DNA of 64,000 bases. Origin: Eledone cirrhosa. Lineage: Eukaryota. The notes beneath the pieces are model-generated. The model did not search any database, was not told where the DNA came from, and saw only the letters and a list, made by a program, of their open reading frames with translations. The DNA is taken from the NCBI GenBank assembly GCA_964016885.1, contig OZ024740.1, positions 67,456,001-67,520,000 of the forward strand, written 5' to 3'. Positions 13,271-27,671 of this stretch are shown here, in pieces. The position numbers were made by a program, and so were the translations under genes. Every line of letters starts with the position of its first letter. Positions within the stretch are counted from its first letter, which is position 1.

Positions 13271-13548
13271 TCATATATATATCATAAGATATGTCTACTA
13301 ATATGAATTGCCAATATTTTATAGCGCTAACCATGAATTTTGTAAATGAAGAATAGGTTCATTTAACCAAGTTGGTGTATTTTGTAAACGTCCTGCATAC
13401 TGCTTTTCAACATTAGAAACCATTTATGTAGTTTATGACTGTTAGTTAGTCTAGACTTTTTCTATAATTAAAAACTAACTGTTTTGAATACATATTTGCC
13501 TTCAAGACTTTGAAGCCTAGTATTACTGTACAAGAACGTCTATCTTTT

Positions 13549-13617
13549 AACATGAGATTTAGTTGGTGTGAGTTGAACATATTATTTCACTTGCAACCTA
13601 TATACGTATACACACAT

Positions 13618-13648
<31 letters not shown>

Positions 13649-13702
13649 CTATCATAGGTTGCAAGCGATATATGTTCAACTCACTTCAACTAAATCTCAT
13701 GA
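13549..13702. repeat. ~55-bp inverted repeats flanking a CA/TA microsatellite
   Basis: 'catgagatttagttggtgtgagttgaacatat..cttgcaacctat' versus 'ataggttgcaagc..atatgttcaactcacttcaactaaatctcatg'. Confidence 0.75.
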
Positions 13703-14595
13703 TATACATATATATATGTGTGTGTGTGTGCGTGTGCCTGTGTGCGTGTGTGTGTGTATGTGTGTGTAGTGTCCCTCCGTCGCAGGTTATTGTGTGACGC
13801 AGGTTATTGATATATTTCTCTAGCTTTGTTATGCGCCTGGGTGACATTCGATGACCAATTTCATTACGACGTAAAATGAAAGCATCTCATGTGGTGTTAG
13901 CAACTGAATAAAAACAGATATTGATTGTCCAATAATTGATATTATGTATAGTATCTAGCAATAACATTTTAAACAGGAGAGTGGTTTGGTATTTTCTCTA
14001 TTCTCATTAAAATTATTTTGTTGTCTAAATGTAGTTTAGAGAATTAGAAACATTCTCCTCATCTTACAGGTCAAAATAATTTTTAAACTGTATATTTTCT
14101 AGTAGCCTTCGCCGTGCAGGTCTTTATGGTGCTACAATTCATATATGTGATCGGAGTGATAATATCGGCTGTTTGTTTACATTTTATCTCTAAATTCTTT
14201 AGCGGCTTTTGGAATCCACCGTTGAAAATTTGCTGGCGATACAGGAGCCAAGTTAACCGTTACTATCTGTGCCATTTTTCAAATAACGACCATGTTTGCT
14301 GAGATAATTAATTAACTGTAGGGAGGTTAAACCTTAGTTTACTTTTTGTTCCACTAATTAATTAACCAAATTTTTATGAGTTAATTAAGTATTTTTCGGC
14401 TATAAAAATGATAGTAAAAAAAATAGGTTTATCGCAAAGTGAAGTGATCGACATAGAGCTATTGCAAAGTGAAGTGATCGAAATAATTTCAGAGTAATCG
14501 ATCGCATTCATATATAGTCATACCTGAGAGGAACACCTAGAAAGCCATTGTCAAATTAATTGACACTTTGTGAGTGAAATATATTTTATAGATAC

Positions 14596-14672
<77 letters not shown>

Positions 14673-15470
14673 GTATGTATGCACGTATATACATACACAT
14701 ATATATATATATTTACCGTTTATTTAAAGTTGTTTAATTAATAGGTAGATTTTGTTATTACGATTAGCAACCGTGATGCACAAGAAAAAGCTCTCGATGA
14801 TATGCGCATCATACATTGTAGATGTGATGTATCGTAGTTGGTGCAGGGACAGAGTAAACTACGTGAATGAAAATAGGTGTCCGGATTCTAATATATTCCT
14901 TTAATGTTCCACAATTACATAATATGCATTTCTTTGACCGGCTTAGTTCATCAGAGCATGACACAAGGCAAAGGGTGATGTCATCATATGTAAAGGACAT
15001 ACAATTATTTGTTTATATTCTGCTTCAATCCAGTATGGATTACTGAACTAAGTCCTTTTAATTGTTTATGTTTATTACAACAGATGACGTCACCGGTGGT
15101 CTTGCGTCACGGCCTGAAGAGGTAAGCCGGAGATAGAAATACGTATTGTGAGAGGAGTTGTCTTATTATTTGATGATCTTAAGCAGTTAGCTTTTCTCAT
15201 TTGAGGAATTGAACTCGTTTGTACAAAGCACATACAATACATCAATTACATAGCTTCAGAAACAATTGCAACGCCTGTAACATAAGAGAAACCGCTTATC
15301 ACTTGGTAAGTGTTTGGATTCTCATGATTTAAACCAACCAACGATGAAATTTAAGTTCAGATAGAAAGTTGATTTGAAGTTTTCAATTTTGTAATTCCAA
15401 ATTCGTTATCTGAAGCGTAGAAAGTCATTGTATGCTGAAGATAATACGGAGCCACTCACACAAATGCATG

Positions 15471-16320
<850 letters not shown>

Positions 16321-16919
16321 AGCGTTCGTGTACTCAATTAAACATATCAGATATTATTAAAAGTGTAATTTCTTTTGTTGCAATAATGTCTCTTTGTAAA
16401 ATCTATTTGTAGTTTCTACTTGACTGAATCTCCTGTGTTGTTGTGGGCCAGTGACTGCTTCCAAGTTACTGTACATTAACACATCAGTCCATCAGTCACA
16501 TATACTTGTCTTTCGCTCTCTTTCAAAATCAAACAGACCAAGACTCCGTCGTCTTTGACTGATAACGCACCACTTGGTGGCTAACGTTGCGTTTTTGCTG
16601 CATTGAACAGAAGATTCGTAGCAACGTTACAGTTCAGTAAATTTCAATGATATGACTGACATGTGTGTTTTCTTAGTTTGTTGTTGTGACGAAATTTCAC
16701 TATATAATTATAATTCTTGCGGCTTTCTTCAAAATTATATATATATGTGTGTGTGTGTGTGTGCGTATGTGTTTGTACATAGGGTATAATATATACATAT
16801 ACTCTCTCTCACACACATACACACAAACTTATATATCTATCTATCTATCTCTCTGTCTCTCTCTCTCTATATATATATATATGTATATATATATATTATG
16901 TGTGTATGTTCGTGTGTGT

Positions 16920-19900
16920 TGAACAATGAAAATAAAACAAAATTTGAGGATATGTTCTTAATTAGTTCATTGTCTTACAACCGTTTCAGAGAGTTGATTG
17001 AACAGGATGGATATATTGACTAATATGTATTGGCTATGTCGCTACCTATTTTTAGTCTCGAATCCCTGAATATTCTCACCGTCTTCCTCAGAAACGATGT
17101 TATCGGCCCAACTATAAACATATGGATATCAGTGTATATGCTTGCAACTGCAACATCGAACCCATCTCCGATTATCTCGCATCTTCGCACTTCTAGTAGC
17201 CTCCCTTCCCACCCATATTTCCGACACCAACCACGCCTTCCACCTCTTTGACTCCTTTACATTTTCACCTGGCTCACCACTTGTTTTCACCCTATATATT
17301 AAATCCCTATACACAACAGTCACCGCCCACACCGATGACCTATGTGCCCTCCATCACTTACTTCACTTTTGCACCTCCTCTCGAACCTCCACCCTCATCA
17401 GTCTAGTCGAGCTGGTCCCCATGCTCCACAGCTTTTCCTTCTCGGGTGAGTTCTACCAAGAGGTTACCAGGGGTGCCATAGGTACAAAAATCGGCCGCAA
17501 CTACGCCAACCTATTACTCAGACACGTTGAGGCCCAAATATTTGCCCAATATACCGGCTCCATCCCCGAGCTATACGGCATTTACATTGACGAATACATC
17601 GGTGCTACCTCACTACCGCGAGAACAGCTTGACTAATTTCTCTCTTTCCTCCCCACCCTCGAATTAACCATCTCAATTTCCACCATATCCCTTCACTTCC
17701 TCGACATCTCCGTCTCCATCGACCTTTCTCTTCGCTCACACATCAAATCTGCCATCTCTAAACCCACTGACTTACACTGCTACCTCTATTTCACCTCTTC
17801 TCATCCCACCCACACCAAACACTCCATCTCCTACTCCCAAATTCTCCGAATCCACCGCCTATGTATCAAACCGAGGACTTCGAAGCTCAGGCTTTTTATC
17901 TGTCTGGCCACTTCACTGGGAGAGGTTACCACCCACACTTTTCTATGCCACTCTCACGGTGCCCACGCTGTTGACCGTTCTACCACCCTCACCCCACGTT
18001 TTCGGCTCCCAAAACCCGAATCATTTCCCCACCTTTTTCGTCCTCCAGCAGAAATCTTCCGACACATCTGCCGTCTCCGATCAGACCCGTCAACCACCAA
18101 CATCTTCATATACCCACCTCATCCCTGTCTACGGGCTCCATTTGCATATTATGTGGAGCTGCTTACATCGGACTGACTGGGCGTCAATTGATGGACCGGT
18201 TCGCCGAGCACCTCCAGGATATTCGGCTCGGCAGCCGGTCACCGGTCGCCCGATATCTCCGTTCCACTGTACACTCTTCCTGCAATATCACCGTCTGGGG
18301 TCTTATTGCATGCTTCGAAACCCCGGACTCACGTTTTAAACAGGAGCAGCGCACGATTCTTTTCCTCCAGACCTGGATCGGTAACGATCTAAACTCCCCA
18401 CCTATCTTCCTTTGGCTCCCCTCCAAAATACACACACCACTACGCTCCCTCTTTCCACTATCCATCCACTCACCCCCACACACATACACCTGTTACACCC
18501 CTACCACATAGCTCCCATACTTTACCCCACCCCGACACCCACTAATCTACTAACGGACTCCCACCACCCACACAGACATGCCGAACAGCAACAACCAATA
18601 GCCGCGACATCAACATACACACATATATAAACAAACGTATACAATCACATACATAGAAACATGAGAAAAAAGCCATACACACACACTAACAGTTCACCTG
18701 TCACAACCATATGACCCTCCTTCACCTCATCTACAGCACTAACTTACTGACCCACCACTCAACTAACACAACTAATTCGTCCCCGTTTGACTGGCCATCA
18801 TCCTTTGCTCCCTATCACCATACAATCACACCTTGCACTCTACCACCACGGCACCTCGTACCCACTATTAACAACAAACACATGCGACCACCATAGCCCC
18901 CTCCTAACTCACTTCCGTTTCCTTGCACCAACACCTCCCCCAACATCTCCACTTCCACCTTGACCAAGCCTTATTCGGTTTCTCTGTAACGAGTTTTCCA
19001 CCACTGTTGTTTACTGGATTATACGTGAATTCTCCTACACATACATATACATATACATATATATACACAGATCCACCATCACACATTTGTACATAACATC
19101 TTTCCGCTACTGACCAAACACAACCACAACACTCACATGAATACAAACATATACAATCATCCTACAGACAAACGCACAAACACACTATAGTATACACTCA
19201 CATACGTAGAAACAATAGAAAAAAGTCGCATACACACAGTTTGACACACACACACATACAGAGACAGATCCAAACATAAACACACACACACACACACACA
19301 CACACAGGCTTCCCTCTACAGATAACTCAAAGCCACCAACACAAATACATATACACACAAATGTACACACTCACATACATAAAAAAAACAATAAAAACTA
19401 TCACTTACTCACACTCGCGTGTAGACACACTGGCACACTCATTCGACTCACATGTGATAATAAAGACATACACACAATCGTACACACTCACATACATAGA
19501 AACAATAGACGAAGCCCTCCACATATAAACCCACACACCCAAAAATATAAAATAAAAACCCGCAGGCATACTCACACACATACCAGTGTGCACACATCAA
19601 CTATATAAGGCTCTGAGACACCCACGTGGCCACACGCACACATAGACTGAAACCACACACATCTACCAATTTCTTCCCTTCGGCACACGCACACACACAC
19701 TCTACACCCATGACATCCCTTGTATCCTCCACGTTGTTCCCCCAGGCCGGAGCTTTCGCAAACCTTCCTCTGCCTATCTTTCTCCTCCCAACCCTTTTTT
19801 CTTAACTTCCTTTCCTAACCTTCTCACATTACACATACGTCTATCTGTCATCTCCTTATTCGCGACAATATCATAAAAGTTTTCACGAAGTTTCTTTATG

Positions 19901-20000
19901 AAACACACCGGTTACTGAAAAAATTCCAAAGTCGTTGCATTTTATCTTGTAGGGTATTCACTTTTGAAAGCTGTTGATAAGCCTCAATAAAATACACAGG
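16920..20000 (+). mobile_element. Decayed Penelope-like element of a third family with a long CA-rich 3' region
   Basis: RT 'LPTHISDTNHAF..LVFTLYIKSLYTT..EFYQEVTRGAIGTKIGRNYANL..YIDEY' (17142-17636); GIY-YIG region 'DRFAEHLQDIR..SPVARY' (18188-18511). Outer boundaries uncertain. Confidence 0.8.
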
Positions 20001-20689
20001 TTGAACCCCACCACCCCAGCACTAATCTTTCAATGCATGATACATAAATATTCGATCATTTTCAGCATGATATCCAGTTGCAATATACTTTGATCGTTGT
20101 TCATTGCTTCGTAATATATTTTTCTTCGCGAGCCATAAAACACTCATAAACCACAATTGTTTACAAATAAATAATCAACAAAATTATATATTTATAGAAT
20201 TATTCTATGAAATGTAATTTAGAAAAAAACTCGTTTCGAAAAATAGTTTCGACGAAAAGTCATTTCGGTAAAAGTGTTGTTGATTGAAAAATATTTGTTT
20301 CCTTTATCTCATGTAAGTGGACAGATAATAGGTCTCGAAAGGATATTTACTATTTTCTAATTGTTATTTTGTATCACCGTGACACTCTAACGCAACATGA
20401 TTACAAATCAATGAAAGAGCTTTTACTTCGTCACACGATTTGTTAGATATAGCGGCAAAAAATCTTTCTCAAGTGACACCCATTTAACCAAACGAAAAAC
20501 GCATTGGAAAATGTAGTCTTAGAAGAATTACAAACGAAATACCAGACGATAAATGAATTAGTGTTTGGGATGATTATGAGGCTTTATCAGTATCACAGTT
20601 ATCATCATCATCATCCTTACCACCATCGTCATCGTCGTCTTCCTCGTCGTTATCTTCATAATTATCATTGAGAAAAAGTTTTGTGTTAT

Positions 20690-20855
20690 TCGTTCCGGCT
20701 AACTGCGTTGAGATAAAAAATCGCCGAGGTCAGTTTTACATTTCATTTTCCCCGGTGTCGATAAAATAAAGTACTAGTAAAGTATTGGATTCTATATAGT
20801 CGAATAAACCTCACCACAAATCGGTGTCTTTTTGACTAAATTAAAAACCATTGTG
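20690..20855 (+). mobile_element. Decayed copy of the main SINE
   Basis: 'cgccgaggtcagttttacatttcatt..gtcgataaaataaagtactagt' matches the SINE core. Confidence 0.6.
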
Positions 20856-21731
20856 TCACCTTCTTCTCCTTCCCCTACTCATCCTGTTCCTCCTCCAACT
20901 CTTCTTCCACCTCATCTTCACTATCCTCATCCTGAACATACAGGTAGGGATGCCGAAGGGTCTTGGTTGTAGCAGTGGTGATGATTGGTAGTAGTGGTGG
21001 CGACGGTTGCGATAGCAGTAGTAAAATGGTGGTGATGGTAATTGTTGGTATTAGAGGTGAACTGTTCATGTAGTTTGTAGTAATGCGGGGGGGGGGGTCG
21101 TTTTTTGTAGTGATTGTTTTTGTTGGTTGAGGTTAGAACTGAAAGGAGGGATGATGGTGATCGTGGTGGTATGTTGGTGATGGGGATAATGTTGATGATG
21201 ATGATGGTCGTAGTGACTGTAGTTGTATTGATAATGACAGTAATGATAGTGATTATTGAGTATAGCAGTGGTAGTAGTAGTAATAAGAAGGGTGAGAATA
21301 ATGATGTCTGATGATAGATAGATAGTAGCAAGTGATGATAATTGTGGCTCGGGTTGCGGTGGTAGTAGTGGGTGTAGGAAGCATGATAATGATAATGAGG
21401 AGTTGCAGAAGGAGTAATGGGTGACTACGATGGTACAGAGATGGTCGTGTAGAAAGATATATGGCTGGGGATGATGATGTGGATGAGTGGTAGGCAGGTG
21501 GTTTACGCCGAAGCTGGATGACAGCGATAACAACACATCTGATATATCTTACATCCAGCCTTGACTCTCCTTTGTATTATGTAATCCCAGACACCAGAGA
21601 CAAACAAAAAGACGAACGCACATAAAATAGAGAGAAAGCTGAATACTTCTGTAACCACTCAACACTAAGATAATTATTTTACAGACTTTATTTTTACTTT
21701 GCATTGAATTGAAATATCAACTGAGACAATG

Positions 21732-21732
<1 letters not shown>

Positions 21733-21768
<36 letters not shown>

Positions 21769-21912
21769 CACCAGCGCCGCCACCACCACCACCACCACTA
21801 CTACTACTACTACAACCACCACCACCACCACCAGCATAAACTACTACTACTACTCCTACTATTACTACTACTACTACGACTACTACTACAACTACTACTA
21901 CTAATAATAATA
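21733..21912. repeat. (ACT)n/(ACC)n/(AAT)n tract abutting the 3' end of the Tx1 array
   Basis: Direct reading. Confidence 0.95.
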
Positions 21913-24900
21913 ATGATTTCATTTATTGGCCACAGGGGCCAACATATAGGGCACAATACAAAAGACTGGGACAGTGGGGTTTTACAGAACAATCGAGTAA
22001 ACAATATGAATCACAATAACAAAGAAACAATAAAATTACAAGAAAACATTCCCCAATAGGGGGGATGACCACCCAGGGTTCGCTCAGGTACCCACCAATC
22101 CTGAACGACCCGACGTTTCGGGAGCACCCTGGAAGGGTACCCCCTCTCCTCCTCAAATTGACCTACCTACAGCCGCATGACCAGAGTAGGCCCACTCACA
22201 CGGGCCATTCTTGCCACATTCACCCACCTTTCAGCAAATGTACTGGGGGGCAGCACTTCTCTCTCCACCCTCACCTTCCTTTCTAGTGAAATTTGAAAAA
22301 GTTGATGAGGGATTGGCCGAAGAGAAAAGTGCCTGTCTTCAGTCCTTTCAACCGCGCCCACCATACAACCTCTTTCGCTACTGCCACCAGACAGAGGAAA
22401 ATTGCCTGCCCTTCCTGGCCAAAAGAAGGCGGCGGGTCGATCTTCACTATGGACTCGGCCGATAGCCGGATCCGTTCTACACGCGACAACAGCTGTTCAA
22501 CACAACTCCACAAGGCAGTAATGCACGGACAATGGATAAGTGCGTGCAGAACGGTTTCGTCGCTCTGCGCGCATCTCGGGCAGCTCCGTCTGACAGCACT
22601 TCCGTGCCTGTAGAGTTTATCTCGAACCGGCAGTGTCCCCCGGTAACACTGCCAAGCGAGGGATTTTTGGAAATTATCCATCGTCCCCGACTCGAAAGTC
22701 CTCCGGTACAGACTGGTTAGTTCGACTTCGTTGACTCCCAGAGCCTCTCCGAGTGCGTCGTCGCACATGCCCACCACTAATCCTCTATAGAACTCGAGAG
22801 TGGAAGTTCCACTGACCGCATTACCCGCCTGGTAGAGAGCAGTGAGTGCTTGGCAACATTCCAGATACCAGTCACCCAGTCTCGGTCTCTTCTTGACCCA
22901 GGACTGCAGTTCAGTCAAAGAAACGAGCTGCGGAAAAACCCGTCTGACAAACGGCGACCACAGATGTTCACCGTTTAGGCAGAATGCCTGCTCATCATTA
23001 GCCACGGCATGTCCAGCCCTCCACGTAGAGGGTGCTGGCAGCAGATGGACCGCCTCCCCAGCGGAACATGATCCCTCCACAAGAATTTGAAGAGGAGCCG
23101 CTCCAAGATGGAGAGGCGCGAACGGGGGCAAGGGACGACCGTCAGACGGTAGTAGATGACGGACGCGATGTACGGGTTCGCCACCTCCACCCGACCTTTC
23201 AGTGATAACTTCATCCCAGCCCATTTCTGGGAGAGATTGGCTACCTTGCCCGTCACCTCGTCCAAAGTCTTATCCACCTGGAGGTCTGGCCCGAACCAAA
23301 CGCCTAGCAACTCTACCGGTCCGTCCGTCCAGCGCATAACGACGCTGTTGAACGGCATGGACTTGCCTCTTCAGGTGCCGAGTTGCAAGCCCACCGACTT
23401 TTTCGGGTTAAATTTTTCTCCCGTCAACCTTTCATACTTCTCCAATAAGTTGCCGACCACCTCGATTTGTGAGGTGTCCGACACAATCACGGTGATGTCG
23501 TCCGCATAAGCCGACACAGCTTTTCCGTGTCCCGGTTCGAGTGGGATGCCCTGCAACAGCTCCAGCTTCCGCAGTAAAGGCTCGAGAGTCAATATGTACA
23601 GAAGGGAGGAGATAGAGCACCCTTGACGGACCGATCGGGAGACCTGAAACGGTTCCGAGAAGAGGCCATTAATTTTGATCATCGAGCAGGTGCTGCTGTG
23701 CATTGCAGTGATCAAGCTTCTGAAGACGGGGCCGAAGCCAGCCGCCTTGAGGACAGCCTCCAGGTCGACCCAATCGAATGCTTTCGATTGATCTAAATTG
23801 ATCAGAGCCCCACCGAAGCCAGGTTTATACCCGACCCTCTCTATGATGTATCGCATTAGGGGGAGGTTGTCGTGTATGGACCTGGTTGAGATTGCGCAAG
23901 TTTACGCCTCCCCAACCAAATCCACGACGACAAGCGCCAACCTCTTCGCTAACACCCTGGTCAAAATGTTAAACTCTGTGTATGGGTCTGAAATCGTCTA
24001 ATGTGTACCTCTTGTTCTCGTAATTCCTTATCAGCGTCACTACGCCCCGGCTCACAGAACTGGGAATACTCCTGTTTTGCTGCCAGTTGCATTAGAGGGC
24101 TTCGTGGAGATTGGAGAACAAGTCAGGAATATTTACGTAAAGCTCTTAGGGCAGACCATCCAAACCGGGTGACTTGCGCCTCATGCAGCCGACAAGGGCA
24201 TCCTGAATCTCGGTTGAAGTAATTGGCCTTTCGCAGCGCCCAGCGTCAGCCGTCGAGAGTTGCGGCCAGCCATCAGGTAGGGACTGAAGTCCGCCACCAT
24301 CTTTGACCCGCCACTTCTCCCGAACAACCGAGAACAATTTTGGCAAAAGGCCTCACACATCCTCTTAGAATCGGTCAGCTCGTGTCCGTCTCAGTCCGTC
24401 AAAGACCGAATCGTGGTTTTATTACCACGCTGCGGCTCTGCCACGCGGGCCCATCGAACAGCTTTTGTTCACTCGTTTCTCAGAGCACGCGCCTTAGCTC
24501 TGACAATGCAACCTTCGTGTTTCGCATTGAAGAAACGGTCTAATGCCACTCTCGCCGCTAGCACGTCAGTTGCAATGCCACTAATAATAGCCTCGTCTAA
24601 ATTATCTAACAACTCCCCCTCCTTTCTATTTTTCTCTAACGCTAACTCTTTGCTAAACTCTATCGACATTAGTCTAATCTCTCTTTTGAGAACCCACCAC
24701 CATCTATTGTTGACGACTCCCCCTATCAACTTTTTCTTAACGAAATTGTTGACCTGGTCCCTGTAAGCCTTATGTGCCGGAAATCACATGTTTAGCTTCC
24801 AGTAACCAGGTCCTAACCTACGAGTCTTATCTAGGTCGACCATACAGATCACAAACTTGTGATCTGAATAGGCGACCGTTTCAAAACGTGGAGAGCTTAC

Positions 24901-27652
24901 ACTATTTCTGTCTATTTTCCTAATGAATATCCTGTCTACATACGATCTAGATGACCCTATGCGGATAACCCAGATCCATACTGGCGCATTCGGGAAATCT
25001 AGTCGGTACCTGTCAGACAGTTGGAACTGGCTGATCAGGTTCTTGAGGCTTTTGCACCCCCCGCTCCTTTCGGATACTCCCACACAGTCCCACGTTCGTC
25101 TAAGATGCCGTTCAAGTCCCCCGCTAACAGTAAAGGGCGAGACGTGCCCAGAAAGGATTCCAGGCATCTAAAGAAGTCCGGCCATCCTGCCCCAATAGGA
25201 GCATTGACGGCCACCAGTCTAAACGCACCACCTTCGTTATTGTTCACGTCAAGGACCAACAACATCCCGTCCAGGTCCCGGAAGATCGACCTTACTTCGA
25301 GATTCCAGGCCTTTCCTAAACAGCACTGCCACCTCGCCTCCCATTCCCGGCCGGCCAACAGATGCAAAGATCTGATAGTCGTCGAAAATGGGGGCTAGTG
25401 CGCGCGTGTCGGAAATCCTGGTTTCGCTGACGGCAATTACATCCATTTCTAGAGACCTGAGGTCATTGAGCAGGTGACCCAGCTTCCAGGATTATCCCAA
25501 GCCTCGAACATTTAAACAACCTACTCTTAATACGGCCATGTTGGAAGGTTAAAAAGAGAGAGAGGAAAGGTTTACTTACCTTCCGGGCTCTTGTGAAGGT
25601 CTTGTTGTTCGACTTCCATAGTTGGTGGGGTTTCTTTTGGGAACCCCTTTAAAAGTCTTGAAGTTGGTTTTGCGTTCGGGGTTCCCACGTCCCGAGGAAA
25701 GCTGTCTCGTATATCTTTGTATAAATCGATCGACATTCTCACCAGAACCAAATCTTCCGTCACGCGAAATGTGCTCGGTTAAAAAATGTCCCCCTCTTTT
25801 TGTATATTTTCACTTCGTGCTACGAGGGCCATCAGTTCCTTGTTGGCCCTCCTGACAAGAACGAAGTTTTGTATGTTTTGTTGGTGTGATTTTATTTGTT
25901 TGCGTGGCTGCAGTGGTGATGGTTTTGGTGTTGTTGTTTCGGTTGTGTCTGTGTTTGTTGTGAGTGCGGTGTCTGTGGTTTCAGATGTTTGTGTGTAAAT
26001 TTGTTCTTGCGTCTGTTTCGGTTGTTTGCGTTTGGGGGATTCTGGTGATGGTGATGGTGGTGTTGATGTTGGTGTTATTGGAGAGATGTTTGCGCGGGTG
26101 GTGTCTGCGTTTTTTATTGGGGGTGATTTTGTGCTTTGCTGAGATTTTTGTTTTTTTTTGTGTTTCCATTTGGTTTTCTCTCATTTTCACTACTGGTAGA
26201 TGAGGGGTCTGTGTCTGTAAGTGTGTCTGTATGTATGTTTATGGTTTTATTGTGTGTATTTTTTTTGGGGGGGTCGACATATTTCCTCCCCCCCCCCTGG
26301 TGGTCAATATTGGTGTTGGTCTTTCTATTGGTGTTGTTGCTGGTGGTTTTGCTGGTACTGGTGTTGGTTGTGGTCCTCGCCCCGGCGTCGGCAGCAGTGG
26401 AGCCTTTCGACCCCTTGCCTCTTTCAGCAGTTGAGGGCAGTGGCTCGCAAATGGGTTTTTTCCCCACAAACAAAACACTGCAGCCTTTTACTTCGGTCAT
26501 AATGTGAATGACCGACCCATTCTGAAGGCGGATGTGGTCCGAGATTGTCTTCACATTCTCGAGCCTGATCTGGAGAAGGATCTCCAGGTCAACCCCGGAC
26601 CAGTCCTCTCTGGCCGTTCTGGTCACTTCTATAGGGACGGTATCCGTCCCTCCACAATCACACATCCCAGAAGCCACCACATGTCAAGTCCTGGTGGGAT
26701 TCTGGGAATGCGGAGACGGGACGTTCTTTTTCCCATGTGGGAGGGGTACATTATGACCTTGCTGGTTTTGCAAGGAGTCATAGCGTGTTTCATAGCGAGG
26801 GCTTCTGACTTGAACAACACCGAAATGGTGCCGTACTGTCTGCCCCTCTCTATGTACTGGGTGTCTTCTCTGATGCACCTCAGCGCGACTTCGACATCTT
26901 CTTGTGGGATTAAAGCTGCCCTTTTTGTTTGTGCTGAGATGCATCTATAATGTACCGTACTGCGCTCCACTGCCCAATAGCTTCTACCGGGACAGTTAAG
27001 TTGGCCCAGGTTTGCTCTTGCTTGATGAGCTTCCATGCCTGGGCCAACTTTTAATCTTTGTTTGAGAGGTCCATGTTGGTGCATGGCCTCTTTATTGCTG
27101 CTGCCGCAGCGAAAGTGTTCTTCTTGTTTTCGTTGGGGGTGTTGTTGTGGTTGTCGTTGTTCTTGTTGGTATTGTTGTTATCACTGTCGCTGTTATCATT
27201 GTTGTCTTTTTGCCACCGTTGTTCTCGGTGCAGTTGGTATTGTTGCTGTTGGTGTAGTCGCTATTTGTTTTCATGTTAGTGGTATTGATATTGTTGTTGT
27301 ATTTGTTATTTTTTTTTGTTATCTGTATTTTCGTTGTCGCTGTTACTGTCATTTTTTTTCAAAATTAGAGTTCTTATTGGTATCATTGGTGTCTTTGTTT
27401 ACATTGTTTGTGGTGGTATTTGTGTTATCAATTTGTGTTAATTTCGCTGTAACGCTCCTCTCAACTTCTACGTCGTTGTGGGACGACAGCAGAAATATCG
27501 CTGGGGGCGTGGCTCTGCTATGTTTTTTTTTTTCCCGTAAATTTTTTAACATGTAAAATAAAAGTTCAAATATTTAGGCCAAAAGGCCCAAATATTTTTT
27601 ACGGGCAAATAAAGCGACTTACTGTGAGCGAGCAAGATACGTCCGATTGGAT
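21912..27652 (-). mobile_element. L1/Tx1-clade non-LTR retrotransposon A, near full length, disrupted
   Basis: ORF2 pieces: APE endonuclease ('MAVLRVGCLNVRGL','VIAVSET','YSDH'), 'GPGYWKLN', 'KSPGLDGLP', 'LDQSKAFD', 'VRQGC', 'AYADD', C-terminal 'CPRC..ETVLHALIHC'. ORF1 remnants ~25572-27552. 3' end AATAAA-tgaaatc-(ATT)n. Confidence 0.93.
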
Positions 27653-27671
27653 CAATAATAATAATAATAAT

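Noticed and set aside
14100-14320. Minus-strand 'LTWLLYRQQIFNGGFQK' reminiscent of an FN3 motif
   Set aside because: Too short, flanked by stops, no clear splice sites.
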